64,000 nucleotides of DNA from Spirochaetota bacterium (GTDB taxonomy: Bacteria; Spirochaetota; Spirochaetia; Treponematales; UBA12059). A program made the translations under genes and the position numbers. The DNA lies in NCBI GenBank assembly GCA_026398615.1, contig JAPLSN010000042.1, forward strand, positions 215,597 through 279,596, in the 5' to 3' direction. The stretch's first letter is position 1. Each line of letters begins with the position of its first letter. Shown here one piece after another: positions 1-9,818 of this stretch. The notes beneath the pieces are model-generated. The model was given only the letters and a program-made list of their open reading frames with translations. It was not told the origin of the DNA and did no database searches.

Positions 1-1
1 C

Positions 2-1702
2 CACGCCGGCTATTATTACCGGCCCCAACGCTGCAAGCAGCCGGTGAAGATCTTCGGTGAGATTGAAAACCTCGTCTCCAGGGGTGGATTCCGGCAGATA
101 ACGCTATCGTCCCTTTCGTCCGGGGATTATCCCGATATCGCCGGACTGGTGCGTTTCCTCAATTCGAAATACCGCGGACGAGGCATTTCCTTCCAGTTGC
201 CTTCGCTCAAAGTGGAAACCTTCAGTCTGGAGGCACTCGAATCCCTGTCAGAGGTTCGAAAGGGCGGTTTGACGTTCGCGATCGAAACGCCGGAGAAGGC
301 CGGGCAAATCGCCATCAACAAGCTGGTCACGGCGGAGCGGACGAAAGCCATCATCGCCGAAGCCAGGAAGCACGGCTATCGCGTGATCAAATTTTATTTC
401 ATGATCGGCTTGCCCTTACAGGTCGATCCCGTTCGCGAGACTGACGCCATCGTTGACTTCATGAGCGGCATTGCATCAGACGGTGCCATCCAGGTGAACT
501 TGACCGTCGGGATTTTCGTGCCCAAGCCGCATACGCCGTTCCAATGGGCGGAGCAACTGGATGAACGATCGGGAATGGCAGGCATCAACAGGATCAGGAG
601 TGGTCTCAAGTCACGCCGGAATATCAAGATCTCCTGGCATTCACCCTTCCTGTCCGTGATCGAGGGTATTTTCGCCAGGGGTGATGAAAGGGTAGGGGAG
701 CTTATTCTCAAGGCTTGGAAACGAGGCGCCCGTCTTGATGCATGGGAAGAGTATTTCCGGAAGGATGTATGGCACTCCGTCCTTGTTGAACAGCCATTCG
801 CGCTGGATTTTCTGAAAGCCAAAGACGTCGATGCTTCCCTTCCGTGGGATGGCATATCCATCCGCGTATCCACATCCTACCTGAGGAACGAGGAACTACG
901 ATCGAAACAGTCTATTATCACTTCCGGATGTATCGAAAATTGCAAGGAACGATGCGGGAGTTGTTCGGATGGGCTCGGCATAGTACAGAATTCCATACAT
1001 GGCAAGGATTTCCCTATTCCCGATTACGTATCGGAGCTATCCTCGAAGCAGTCAGCTCGGATGCTGTTCAGGTTCAGGAAAGAAGGCCGATCATCGTATA
1101 TCGCGCATCATACGGTTGGAGAACTTCTGTTTCGGGCTTTTTCCATAGGAAAAATCCCAGTCAGTTATTCTGAAGGGTTCAATCCCTTGCCCCGGCTCGA
1201 TTTGGGAAATCCGCTCCCTCTGGGGGTTCCGTCATCCTCCGAGTACGGTCTCGTTTCCCTGTATGCCGCAATCGGGGAAAGGGATTTCCTGGTTGGAACG
1301 AATTCCAGCCTCCCGGAAGGCATGGAACTCATCGATACATGCCTCCTCGCATACCCGGATAATACCAAAATCATATCTCTCGGCTCCGTCTGGAGAGGCG
1401 CTGATTACTTGTTGACGTTTAATGATGAGGAATCGTGTTCCTCCGCCTTTAAAATACTTGCTCGACTGTCTGCCGACCGGAACTGGTCGATGCATATGGA
1501 AAAAACTGGTCCCTGCATAATCGCGCGTCTGGCCGACCCTGACAAGCTTGCCATCGTTCCTTCCTTGAGAATTTTCCTGGACGAGGCGCTGTTGGCCCAT
1601 GCCTTCACATTCAAACCCTCGACGCTTCGAATCCAGCAATATGCATCCGATGGCAATAGCCTGGTGGATCTGCTGGGCTTTTTCAAAAAGCGCGGTTATT
1701 GA
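2..1702 (+). CDS. Radical SAM protein (TIGR03960-like) fused to a DUF2344/TIGR03936-like C-terminal domain; 5' end cut by window edge
   Basis: The frame is open from nt 2 (HAGYYYRPQRCKQP...), which looks like the tail of the radical-SAM cluster-binding region; the tracked M at 44 is a GTG. The C-terminal half has the DUF2344-like stretch SEGFNPLPRLDLGNPLPLGV. Confidence 0.7.
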   Translation, partial: HAGYYYRPQRCKQPVKIFGEIENLVSRGGFRQITLSSLSSGDYPDIAGLVRFLNSKYRGRGISFQLPSLKVETFSLEALESLSEVRKGGLTFAIETPEKAGQIAINKLVTAERTKAIIAEARKHGYRVIKFYFMIGLPLQVDPVRETDAIVDFMSGIASDGAIQVNLTVGIFVPKPHTPFQWAEQLDERSGMAGINRIRSGLKSRRNIKISWHSPFLSVIEGIFARGDERVGELILKAWKRGARLDAWEEYFRKDVWHSVLVEQPFALDFLKAKDVDASLPWDGISIRVSTSYLRNEELRSKQSIITSGCIENCKERCGSCSDGLGIVQNSIHGKDFPIPDYVSELSSKQSARMLFRFRKEGRSSYIAHHTVGELLFRAFSIGKIPVSYSEGFNPLPRLDLGNPLPLGVPSSSEYGLVSLYAAIGERDFLVGTNSSLPEGMELIDTCLLAYPDNTKIISLGSVWRGADYLLTFNDEESCSSAFKILARLSADRNWSMHMEKTGPCIIARLADPDKLAIVPSLRIFLDEALLAHAFTFKPSTLRIQQYASDGNSLVDLLGFFKKRGY

Positions 1703-1838
1703 AAGAAGCAAGACAGATCAAGGGAAAGGCTGAATAATTAATCTATTTAAAAGTAGACAGAATATACATTATCGGAAGTAGAAAAAATTGATAATCCGGT
1801 AAACGGAATGGCTGCCCTTCCGATAGCAGCATTCTGGT

Positions 1839-2585
1839 TTAGGGAAGGTAGATTTTTCCGAGCGATGCCGGCGTACTGTAAATGCTCGTGAAATCGCTCA
1901 AGCGAATGCCGGACGAAACGGCATACATCTGGACGAAAAAAGGCACGACAGGAGGATCGGTATTATCGACATCGGCATCATCAAGTTCAACAAATGGAAA
2001 AAGGAAACTGACGGGATCGCTGGTTTCCTCGGGCAGTCTGGATATCTCCAGATCTTCCGGGTCATTGGCGGTACAATGGATGTAGGGTTCCTCGCCCGTC
2101 GACGGGAAAGTAATGTCGATTGGGTACGAATCATCGGACGGATCGGGTACCTCTAGAAGCGAAGATTGTTTGGAGAGTGGTTCGAGGGTCACACCGAGGG
2201 ATAAGCGCCGATAACCGAGATCCCTCATTTTTTGCAGGATTGCGTCTGGAGTGAAGTCCTCGATATAGACAGTGATCGTAGTCTTGTCGGAATCCGCGGG
2301 TCCCGTGGCGTTGTAGATGCGGTAATAGAATTCGTAGCCTTGGCAGTCCGGGGGATCGGGATTACTGGCGTCGTTCCTGAAGGAAAAGGTGTTACCCGAC
2401 AGATTGGCTTCCGTATCAACCGTCGGAGGAGAAAGGTAGGGATATTCCTCGAGGCCGCAGGAGACCACTAGGTTCGCTGCGAACAGGGCGGCCGCGAAGA
2501 AGGCATGAAACCGGCCATCCGCCGGCCTCCCCCCCCCGGAAATCGGCGGATGGCCGACCGTTCTGGATATGGCAAAGGAACGCAT
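1839..2585 (-). CDS. Hypothetical lipoprotein
   Basis: 248-aa ORF whose N-terminus has a hydrophobic segment plus lipobox (FFAAALFAANLVVSC). It starts 4 nt after the upstream cyclase stop. Confidence 0.6.
   Translation of the reverse strand: MRSFAISRTVGHPPISGGGRPADGRFHAFFAAALFAANLVVSCGLEEYPYLSPPTVDTEANLSGNTFSFRNDASNPDPPDCQGYEFYYRIYNATGPADSDKTTITVYIEDFTPDAILQKMRDLGYRRLSLGVTLEPLSKQSSLLEVPDPSDDSYPIDITFPSTGEEPYIHCTANDPEDLEISRLPEETSDPVSFLFPFVELDDADVDNTDPPVVPFFVQMYAVSSGIRLSDFTSIYSTPASLGKIYLP
2529..2537 (-). repeat. G9 homopolymer (C9 on + strand) in codons 17-19 of the lipoprotein gene
   Basis: Direct read: ggcctCCCCCCCCCggaaat. The tract encodes the GGG of PPISGGGRPADG. Confidence 0.95.
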
Positions 2586-2589
2586 GGGG

Positions 2590-4995
2590 CTACGCGGAGG
2601 AGCCTTTCAAGGGCGGGTCGATGTTTTCCAGGCAGTCGATCAGCTCGTAGATCACCACCGGCTTGTTCTTCCCCTTCACCCTGATGTTGTCCAGCTCCCG
2701 GACCATGAATTTGTCCTTGACGAGGCCATAGGTGCTTTCGCTGATGATGATGTTGGTCGTGTATTCCTTGTTCGTCGCCTCGAGCCGGGATCCGAGGTTC
2801 ACGTTGTCTCCCGTCAGGGTGTAGTTCATGCGTATCGGGGATCCCATGTTGCCGACCGTCATGATGCCCGAATTGATGCCGATGCCGATGTTGATGCGGA
2901 TGGCTTCAGGCCAGGTCAGGTTGAGCTCGGCCAACCTTTTCATCTGCCTGAGGGCGCACTTGCATGAGAGGACCGCGTGATCGGCCTGTGGCAACGGAGC
3001 GCCCCAGAAGCACATGACCGCATCCCCGATGTACTTGTCGAGCGTGCCGCCGTAGTCCAGGACGAGGTCCGTCATCGCCGTGAGGTATTCGTTGAGATGG
3101 TTGACGAGCTCCTGCGGCGACATGTTCTCCGACAGGGTCGTGAATCCCCGGATGTCGGAGAAGAATACCGTCAGTTGCTTGTCCACGCCTCCGAGCTCCG
3201 GAGGATTGTCGACGAGCTGGTCCACGACCCTCGGGCTCACGTACTTCCCGAAGATGTCCCTGATCGCCCGCTTGTCCCGTTCCTCGGTGAAAGCGCGATA
3301 GACGACGACGGCGACGAAACAGATGAGGATGCCGAACGCGGGTTTCGTGAAATTGAAGATGAGGTTGCGCTGCTCGAAGGTGAAGGTGATCACGAAGAAG
3401 ACGACGATCAGGATGCCGATCGTGATGAAGAACGACCAGACCGTCGAGAGCCGGGAACTGTAGAAGCATACGAAGGCGACGAGCAGCACGAGCACGAGAA
3501 CGTCCTGCCAGTACGGGACGTAGCGAAGGAAGTTGTCCATCAATATCGTGTTGAGGGCGTTGCTGTGTATCTCGATCCCGTACATGAGGCCGAAGGGGGT
3601 CGGTTTTTCGTCCTGAGCCATTCCCCTCGCGAACGCGCCGACCATGAGGATCTTGTTGGCCAGGTTCATGCTCCTCGGCCAGGTGGAAGCGTCGGGGCTC
3701 GGGGCCTTGCTGGCGTAACCGGAATATGAACGCATGGGGAAGGTTTGCCTTCCGTCGAAAGCCTCTTCCGACGGGGCGCCCAGGTAGTTGACGAGCATCC
3801 TGCCGTTCCTGTCGATGGGAATCACGATCTCTTTCAGGGTCCGGTACACACCCGGTTTCGTGATGTTCCCGTCCTCGTCGTATTCCTCGGGAACCACGAC
3901 GATCTGGTACGGCTTCCACTCCCCCGTTTCGGGATCGAACTTCATGGGAGCGGCGATCCGGATGTGTTCTCCGAGGGTGACTTCGACATCCTGGACCTTC
4001 TTGCCAAGGTACTCGAGGGCGAGCGAAAGCGTGATGGCGGGTACGAACGAATCCCGGAACTTCCTGATGATATGGTACTGGAGGTCCGGTGTGCCGTCCG
4101 AATCGACATCCTCGATCTTGAACGGGGCGTTCTTCTCCATGACGGCCTTGAGTGCTACAAGGGCTTTTTCGGAAACCGGGGTGTCGATGTTGTGGTAGCG
4201 GCCTTCCTTGTCGAGCCATGCCAGACGCTCGAAGGCGTTTTCATCCACAGCGTATCCCGGTTTCAGCTCGTCGAGCTTGATGATTTCCACGAGGACTGCC
4301 TGCTTGATCACGAGGGGTTGGCGCCGGTATATCTCGTCCGCGTCGGGAATGTAGTTCGCGTGACCGTATCCCTTGACCCTGTTCGCATACGGAACGAGCG
4401 GGGCTTCGGCGCCGAGAAAGGCCTCTACGGATTTCCAGTCGCCCTTGACGTCCGTGATAAGGCCCCAGCGTTTGGCGAGTGCATCCTGCCGCGCGGCGAC
4501 ATCGGCTTCCATCGAGGGCGTCGGAGGCGGCGACTTCATGACATTTTCGAGGAACACGCGGCCCGATTCTTCCATGCCGCGCAAGAGGATGGAATCATCG
4601 GCGGCCACGCCCGGATCGGCGAAGAAAATATCTAGGAAAACCGCCCGTTCACGGCTGTTCCGGTCCTTGATGCGCGAGAATGCGTTGATGAGATCGGCAT
4701 GACGCCACCGCGGGAACGGCCATCGACCGAATTTCGAGAGGGAGTTCTGATCCACGCCGATGATGACGATATCTTCGGAACGCTTGGGATCGTTGATGGA
4801 TTTGACCGTCCCTTCCTGGAAAACAACATTCTTCCGCTCGTTTTTCAGGATGAAATGCGTGTCCAGTATCTTGAGTTCCACGTTCCGCAGGACATCACGG
4901 GTTCCGTCCACGAGGAGGAGCAATCCGACTATCGCTGCGCCTATCAGGAAGGCGAAGCGCCTGGTCTCGAAAATTTTCATGCGCTTTCTGGGCAT
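2590..4995 (-). CDS. CHASE2-type membrane sensor fused to a class III adenylate/guanylate cyclase
   Basis: Cyclase core motifs are present (VFFSDIRGFTTLSE, KYIGDAVMCFWGAP, GDNVNLGSRLE), with multiple TM helices before the catalytic domain. The start is chosen at MPRKRMKIF (ATG 4995), which follows GGAGGAG; the tracked 5' extension to 5076 is unsupported. Confidence 0.85.
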   Translation of the reverse strand: MPRKRMKIFETRRFAFLIGAAIVGLLLLVDGTRDVLRNVELKILDTHFILKNERKNVVFQEGTVKSINDPKRSEDIVIIGVDQNSLSKFGRWPFPRWRHADLINAFSRIKDRNSRERAVFLDIFFADPGVAADDSILLRGMEESGRVFLENVMKSPPPTPSMEADVAARQDALAKRWGLITDVKGDWKSVEAFLGAEAPLVPYANRVKGYGHANYIPDADEIYRRQPLVIKQAVLVEIIKLDELKPGYAVDENAFERLAWLDKEGRYHNIDTPVSEKALVALKAVMEKNAPFKIEDVDSDGTPDLQYHIIRKFRDSFVPAITLSLALEYLGKKVQDVEVTLGEHIRIAAPMKFDPETGEWKPYQIVVVPEEYDEDGNITKPGVYRTLKEIVIPIDRNGRMLVNYLGAPSEEAFDGRQTFPMRSYSGYASKAPSPDASTWPRSMNLANKILMVGAFARGMAQDEKPTPFGLMYGIEIHSNALNTILMDNFLRYVPYWQDVLVLVLLVAFVCFYSSRLSTVWSFFITIGILIVVFFVITFTFEQRNLIFNFTKPAFGILICFVAVVVYRAFTEERDKRAIRDIFGKYVSPRVVDQLVDNPPELGGVDKQLTVFFSDIRGFTTLSENMSPQELVNHLNEYLTAMTDLVLDYGGTLDKYIGDAVMCFWGAPLPQADHAVLSCKCALRQMKRLAELNLTWPEAIRINIGIGINSGIMTVGNMGSPIRMNYTLTGDNVNLGSRLEATNKEYTTNIIISESTYGLVKDKFMVRELDNIRVKGKNKPVVIYELIDCLENIDPPLKGSSA

Positions 4996-5013
4996 GTGAA
5001 CTCCTCCATATGG

Positions 5014-5040
5014 AAAACGGACCCGGGTTTCCGGGTCCGT
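5014..5040 (-). terminator. Perfect 10-bp GC-rich hairpin with a short U-run between the TPR gene and the cyclase
   Basis: ACGGACCCGG-gttt-CCGGGTCCGT at 5017-5040. On the minus strand it is followed by TTTTCC, then the SD and ATG of the cyclase. Confidence 0.5.
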
Positions 5041-5155
5041 CCACGCGATAGGTTTCCGTTGGAATCCCGGCGGCAATCGTCGGCCAAGGCCTGTCCTCCC
5101 AACCCTTCACGTCAACGCGCATGGCGTCAAACCGGATCGGAGGGGAACGCGCGGC

Positions 5156-5863
5156 TTACAGGCCGTTCGACGTCAGGAAAATTATACGGCTCCTTGCCAG
5201 TTTTGTCCAATCGTCATCTGGCTTGGTCGCGACAAGTTGGTTGTAGCACTCGCGGGCTTTCGCGTAGTCCTTCGCGTCCTCGTAAAGGAGCCCGAGCAGG
5301 TAGGAATCGTGCGGATAGCCGTCTGAAGCCGGAAATTCGCCGACGAGGCGGGCATACAGCTCGATACCCTTGGCGGTATCGCCTGAAGCGAGCGCGCAGG
5401 AAGCCGCATTGCGCAATCCGACGACGCCCAGGTCGAATTTCCTTCCCTTTTCGAACACTTCCAGGTAGGCCTTTTGCGCTTCGGCATACTCTTTTTTTTC
5501 GAAATGCATCCTTGCCTTGAGCAGGAGCGCCTTGAGTCCAGCGTACCGGCTTCCGTGTGCCTTGATGGCGGCGTCGATATCCGCCCGGAGGAGCGTTTCA
5601 AGCTCGGTTTTCTTGGCGTCTTCGGCCGAATACCATGCTTCGAAGCTCTTGTTCATTTTTTCCATGGAAACGGCGGACGCCTCGAGGGCGATGCCGTTCA
5701 TGACGGTCCAACCGATGGCCAAGGTTACGGCGAGGCCTGTTGCTACCGCGAAAACCACGAGAACCATCCGGTATTTTCGCAGGATGTCATTGAGCTTTTC
5801 GGAAAAATCGGTCGAATCGGCCGAGGCCGAATTGTCCGACTTTTCGGTGTTCTTGGATACCAC
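5156..5863 (-). CDS. Membrane-anchored TPR-like protein (YfgM-like architecture)
   Basis: One N-terminal TM helix (MVLVVFAVATGLAVTLAIGW) is followed by helical repeats resembling TPR (YAEAQKAYLEVFEKG..., YAKARECYNQLV). GTG start lies 7 nt after AAGGAG. Confidence 0.6.
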   Translation of the reverse strand: MVSKNTEKSDNSASADSTDFSEKLNDILRKYRMVLVVFAVATGLAVTLAIGWTVMNGIALEASAVSMEKMNKSFEAWYSAEDAKKTELETLLRADIDAAIKAHGSRYAGLKALLLKARMHFEKKEYAEAQKAYLEVFEKGRKFDLGVVGLRNAASCALASGDTAKGIELYARLVGEFPASDGYPHDSYLLGLLYEDAKDYAKARECYNQLVATKPDDDWTKLARSRIIFLTSNGL

Positions 5864-5867
5864 GATG

Positions 5868-7379
5868 CTACTCCTTGGGGCTGGCGATGCCGAGTTCCTT
5901 GATGAGTCGGGACAGGTAGGTCCTCTGGATGTCGAGGATCCGCGAGGTCTCCGTCTGGTTCCAGTCGTGCTCCTCGAGCGCGGACCGGATGAAGTGCTTC
6001 TTGAAGAGGATTAGCGCGTCTTTCAGATTCTTGCCATGATACATGTTGCGGTCTTCGGGACGTTCGCCGATGGAAAGGTCGGTCGCCGAGATATACAAAT
6101 CCTTGGCCACCACCACCGCGCGCTCGATCGCGTTCTCAAGCTCGCGGATGTTGCCGGGCCATGAATACGAGAGCATGAGGCCCATGGCTTCGTCGGCAAA
6201 GCCCAGCGCCTGCTTTTTCGTCTCCCTGCACGCCCGCTTGAGGAAATGCTCCGCGAGCGGCGCGATGTCCTCCTTGCGCTTTCGCAGGGGCGGGACGTAG
6301 ATGGGCAGGACGTTGAGGCGGTAGAAGAGATCATTCCGGAATTCGCCGCGCTCCACCAATGTTTCGATATCACGGTTCGTGGCCGCGATGATCCTGACGT
6401 CCACGGTGACCGGATCGCTCGAGCCGACGCGCTCGAAGGTTCGCTGCTGGAGGACGCGAAGCAGCTTGGCTTGGAGCTTGAGCGGCATGTCGCCGATCTC
6501 GTCGAGGAATATCGTGCCGCCGTCGGCCATCTCGAACCGGCCCTTGCGGTTCTGGATGGCATCGGTGAATGCGCCCTTGACGTGTCCGAAAAGTTCGCTC
6601 TCGAGCAAGCCTTCGGGAAGCGCCGCGCAGTTGACCCTGACGAAAGCTCCCTTCTGACGGGGGGAACGTTTGTGTATCTGCTCGGCGATGAGTTCCTTGC
6701 CGACGCCGCTTTCGCCGAGGATGAGGACCGACGAATCCGTCCTGGCCACCTTGTCGACGATCTCGAGTTTCTCCCTCATGGCCGGGCTCACGGAAATCAG
6801 GGTGTGGTAGCCCTGCCCGGTTTGAATCTGGTCCCGGAGGTATCCGATCTCCTCGCGCGCCTTTTCGAAATACTGGGCGTTCTCGATTGCTATCGCCGCC
6901 TGGACGGCGAAGACTTCCAGCCACCGGAGGTCTTCCTGCGTAAAATACTTCTTGTCTTTCTTGTTGATGATCTCGATGACCCCCACGCACTTGTCGCGGA
7001 TGATCATGGGAACCGCGATGATGCTGTACGTGGGGAAACCGATCGACTTGGAAATATCACCGTAGAACCTGGAATCGGTTTCGACGTCGTTGACGATGAG
7101 CGAGCGACCATGTTCGGCCACCCACCCGGCAATCCCTTCGCCCTGGTTGAGGGTGAATTTCTTGACGTCGCGGCCTTTCGGGCCGAGAGCTATCTCGAAA
7201 TACAGTTTATTGTCTTCCGCGTTCTTGAGGGCGAGCGATGAGGCCTCCCCCTCGATGAGTCGCGTTGCCGACTCGATGATCCGGGTCAACAATGACGTGG
7301 CGTCACCGTAGTTGGAGTTTATGAGCGTGCTGACTTCGAGAAGGGTCTCGAACTTGCGGGGATCGACGCGCTCGAACAT
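5868..7379 (-). CDS. Sigma-54-dependent transcriptional activator (GAF sensor, AAA+ domain, Fis-type HTH)
   Basis: Walker A GESGVGKE, ESELFGHVKGAFTDA (GAFTGA-loop variant), the RIIAATNRD/FRNDLFYRL block, and a C-terminal HTH (ETSRILDIQRTYLSRLIKELGI). Confidence 0.9.
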   Translation of the reverse strand: MFERVDPRKFETLLEVSTLINSNYGDATSLLTRIIESATRLIEGEASSLALKNAEDNKLYFEIALGPKGRDVKKFTLNQGEGIAGWVAEHGRSLIVNDVETDSRFYGDISKSIGFPTYSIIAVPMIIRDKCVGVIEIINKKDKKYFTQEDLRWLEVFAVQAAIAIENAQYFEKAREEIGYLRDQIQTGQGYHTLISVSPAMREKLEIVDKVARTDSSVLILGESGVGKELIAEQIHKRSPRQKGAFVRVNCAALPEGLLESELFGHVKGAFTDAIQNRKGRFEMADGGTIFLDEIGDMPLKLQAKLLRVLQQRTFERVGSSDPVTVDVRIIAATNRDIETLVERGEFRNDLFYRLNVLPIYVPPLRKRKEDIAPLAEHFLKRACRETKKQALGFADEAMGLMLSYSWPGNIRELENAIERAVVVAKDLYISATDLSIGERPEDRNMYHGKNLKDALILFKKHFIRSALEEHDWNQTETSRILDIQRTYLSRLIKELGIASPKE

Positions 7380-7391
7380 GGCGCGGATGCG

Positions 7392-9767
7392 TTACGCGTT
7401 GTCCCCGGAGTCGTCCTTGTCCTTGAGGATGTCGCCGAGCGTATAGCCTTCGCTGGAATCGCTCTCGTCCTGCATGAACTTGGAGAGCTCCTCGCGCTGC
7501 GTGCGCCGCACCATGTCGCGAATGGAGAGCGAAAGGCGCTGCCGCTCGACGCTCAGCTCGGTGACCATGGACCTGATGGGAGAACCGATCGGGTGGTTCT
7601 TGACGACGTTTTCGAAGCTGTCCTCGCGTTCGACCGTGATATTCATCTTGTTGACAAGCCCCTCGATATCGCCTTGGACCTTAACGAAGACGCCGAAATC
7701 GGTAACCCCGGAAACGATCCCGTCCACGATGGAACCGACATGGAACGCCTTTGCAAAGCTCTTCCAGGGGTCTTCCGAAAGCTGCTTGACTCCGAGCCGG
7801 ACATTATGGTCCTGCTGGTCGCTCTCGATGACGATGACTTCGATTTCCTGTCCGGCTTCGAGCTCGCTGGCTGGATTCTTGACCTTCTTGGTCCACGAGA
7901 GATCGTCCACGTGAAGGAATCCGTCCACGCCTTCCTCAAGCTCGATGAATGCACCGGCATTGGTGATCTTGACGACCTTTCGCTTGAGGCGCATTCCGAC
8001 CGGATACTTGTTGTCGACGTTGTCCCAGGGATTTTCCTGGACCTGCTTGAGACCGAGCGAAACCTTGCCGGCCTGGAGATCGTAGTTGAGGATCATGCAC
8101 TGCACGGGGTCGTCGATCTTCAACATTTCCTCGGGTTTCCTGACCTTGCGGATCCAGGAGAACTCGGAAATGTGGGCGAGGCCTTCGATGCCCTCTTCGA
8201 CTTCGATGAAAGCGCCGTAGTCGGTGAGCTTGGTAACCTTCCCCTGGACCACGTCGCCGATATGGTAGCGCTCTTCGAAGGTAAGCCACGGATCGTCCGT
8301 GAAATGCTTAAGAGATAGATTGATGCGTTTCTCTTCAGCATCGAGTCGAATGACCTTGAGCTCGATTTCCTGGCCTTTCTTGACGAAATCCTTCGGCCTG
8401 GTGACATGACCCCAGCTCATGTCGTTTATATGGAGGAGCCCGTCGAACCCGCCGAGGTCGATGAACGCACCGAAACTCGTGAAACTCTTGACTGACCCCT
8501 TGACGACGTCGCCGATCTGGGCTTTTGCGAAGAACTCGTCCCGCTGTTTCTCCGAGTGCTCTTCGAGCCACTTGCGGCGGTTCAGGACGATGTTCACGCG
8601 CTTTTCGGAGTAGAGGCGCTCGATGAAAAACAGGCTCGTGAGCCCGATGAGCTTGTCTGTTTTTTCGACGCGGTGAACATCGGCCTTGGAGACGGGAAGG
8701 AAACCCCGGAGACCGTGGTTGAGGTTGACCTCGAAACCACCCTTGATTTCCTTGTCGATGGTACCTTCGACCGGAAGGTGCTCATGGAAGGCGCTGGAGA
8801 AGGTCCGCCAGTGGATTTTTTCGTCAGCCCGCTTCTTGGACACGACGATGTCGCCGGAATAGGTTTCCTTCTTGAGGAGGACGACGGAAACCTGGTCTCC
8901 GACCTTCGGTGCGACGGCGAATTCGACGAGGGGGATCTTGCCTTCGGACTTGGCTCCGACGTCGATGAAAACGGTATCGTTCGTCACCTGGATGACGTGT
9001 CCGTCGACGAGGTCTCCCTCTTCGAGCTGGTCGATCGACTTTAAGTACTCTTCCTGCAATTGTGTCTGAATGCTGTCCGAAGAGGGTTTTTTGACCGCAT
9101 TCACTTCCACTTCCTGTATGCCCATGTTGGTCCCTTGATGGTGAATTTTCGCGTACACTTTCTCATAAACTTCTTCTATGGTCAAGTCCGAGGTGTCCAA
9201 ATAGACCGCGTCGGACGCGATTTTAAGGCTTCCTTCCGCTTTGCTGCGGTCGATCGAGTCCCGCATCTCGATATTGGCGCGGACTTCGTCGAAGCTCAGC
9301 TTGCTGGTTCCCTGCGCGAAACGCCTGCACGTTCTGGAATCGACGGACGCGTCCAGGTAGAACTTGAGGTCGGCGTCCGGGAAGACCACGGTCGTGATGT
9401 CCCTGCCCTCCACTACCGCGTCGATGGAACCAGCCGCCGCCCGGATGATGTCGTTCACGACGTGGCGGACGGGAACTATGGCGGAGACCTGTGCGACGGT
9501 CCCATCGATGGCATCGGTGTGCAGTTCATCCTCTATGTCGCGGTTTTCCAGCGCCACCCTGCCTTGCCGGTACTCCAGACGCACCGTCTTCGCGAATTCC
9601 ACCACGGCATCCGCATTGTCGAGGTCGATCGACGACGCCAGGCACCCGTAGGTGATGGCCCGGTAGAGATTGCCGGAATTGAGATAGGTAAAATGAAGAT
9701 GCTTGGCCACCATCCTTGCTATAGTGCTCTTGCCGGTTCCTGCCGGCCCGTCCATGGCTATGATCAT
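7392..9767 (-). CDS. cmk-rpsA: Bifunctional cytidylate kinase / 30S ribosomal protein S1
   Basis: The N-terminus MIIAMDGPAGTGKSTIAR is Cmk-like and is followed by repeated S1 OB-fold motifs (GxVxxxxxFGAFIxL repeated). Such fusions are annotated in Treponema genomes. Confidence 0.9.
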   Translation of the reverse strand: MIIAMDGPAGTGKSTIARMVAKHLHFTYLNSGNLYRAITYGCLASSIDLDNADAVVEFAKTVRLEYRQGRVALENRDIEDELHTDAIDGTVAQVSAIVPVRHVVNDIIRAAAGSIDAVVEGRDITTVVFPDADLKFYLDASVDSRTCRRFAQGTSKLSFDEVRANIEMRDSIDRSKAEGSLKIASDAVYLDTSDLTIEEVYEKVYAKIHHQGTNMGIQEVEVNAVKKPSSDSIQTQLQEEYLKSIDQLEEGDLVDGHVIQVTNDTVFIDVGAKSEGKIPLVEFAVAPKVGDQVSVVLLKKETYSGDIVVSKKRADEKIHWRTFSSAFHEHLPVEGTIDKEIKGGFEVNLNHGLRGFLPVSKADVHRVEKTDKLIGLTSLFFIERLYSEKRVNIVLNRRKWLEEHSEKQRDEFFAKAQIGDVVKGSVKSFTSFGAFIDLGGFDGLLHINDMSWGHVTRPKDFVKKGQEIELKVIRLDAEEKRINLSLKHFTDDPWLTFEERYHIGDVVQGKVTKLTDYGAFIEVEEGIEGLAHISEFSWIRKVRKPEEMLKIDDPVQCMILNYDLQAGKVSLGLKQVQENPWDNVDNKYPVGMRLKRKVVKITNAGAFIELEEGVDGFLHVDDLSWTKKVKNPASELEAGQEIEVIVIESDQQDHNVRLGVKQLSEDPWKSFAKAFHVGSIVDGIVSGVTDFGVFVKVQGDIEGLVNKMNITVEREDSFENVVKNHPIGSPIRSMVTELSVERQRLSLSIRDMVRRTQREELSKFMQDESDSSEGYTLGDILKDKDDSGDNA

Positions 9768-9818
9768 GAAGGACTCCTGTGAGTCACGGAATCGGATGCG
9801 GACCTTGTTTCATCCGCG

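Noticed and set aside
1703-1838. AT-rich 136-nt spacer between convergent genes, possibly a small RNA or foreign DNA
   Set aside because: It is short and contains only an imperfect bulged hairpin (about 1806-1834) without a good U-run. It is most simply a shared 3' region, and no ORF or recognisable RNA motif is present.
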